A stretch of 64,000 nt of DNA from an uncultured Corynebacterium sp. (lineage in GTDB: Bacteria > Actinomycetota > Actinomycetes > Mycobacteriales > Mycobacteriaceae), in contig NZ_CAMIHZ010000006.1 in the NCBI RefSeq assembly GCF_946222305.1, forward strand, positions 17,139-81,138, given 5' to 3'. The position numbers were made by a program, and so were the translations under genes. The notes under the pieces are model-generated. The model was given only the letters and a program-made list of their open reading frames with translations. It ran no database searches and was not told where the DNA came from. Below are positions 64,000-64,000 of the stretch, one piece after another. Within the stretch, counting starts at the first letter, position 1. Every line of letters starts with the position of its first letter.

Positions 64000-64000
64000 G

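Overview
High-GC actinobacterial chromosome segment, most likely Corynebacterium. Gene content and order closely follow C. glutamicum cg0989-cg1076 and the M. tuberculosis Rv0981-Rv1018c region. The window is dense with housekeeping genes. Reading 5' to 3', it holds: (1) a leucine/itaconate-type acyl-CoA catabolic operon (the biotinylated acyl-CoA carboxylase alpha subunit is cut at the window start; then acyl-CoA dehydrogenase, MaoC hydratase, CitE-like lyase, acyl-CoA synthetase and thiolase); (2) a complete set of cysteine-less (zinc-independent, C-) ribosomal proteins in two divergent operons (rpmB-rpmG-rpsN-rpsR and rpmE2-rpmF); (3) the mprA/mprB-like two-component system followed by a PepD/HtrA protease, moaB and mscL; (4) fthC, galU, moeA, rimJ, pmt, rsmI, betP, metG, tatD, rpfB-ksgA-ispE and an ABC-F ATPase; (5) a more variable stretch (Ltp-type lipoprotein, ABM monooxygenase, sdaA, PPK2 with a lysine-rich tail, HIBCH-like hydrolase, pnuC, a TetR-MMPL pair, two pth paralogs flanking katE and prfC, rplY); (6) a lower-GC insertion holding a thioredoxin-reductase-like gene with a CPYC motif; (7) prs and glmU. 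At the 3' edge a lower-GC gene encodes a protein with RAMP/Cas7 hallmarks. It looks like Cas7 of a type I-G (formerly I-U, Csb1/GSU0053) CRISPR-Cas system, and it probably opens an accessory or defence island that continues past the window. No CRISPR array, tRNA or rRNA gene was seen.
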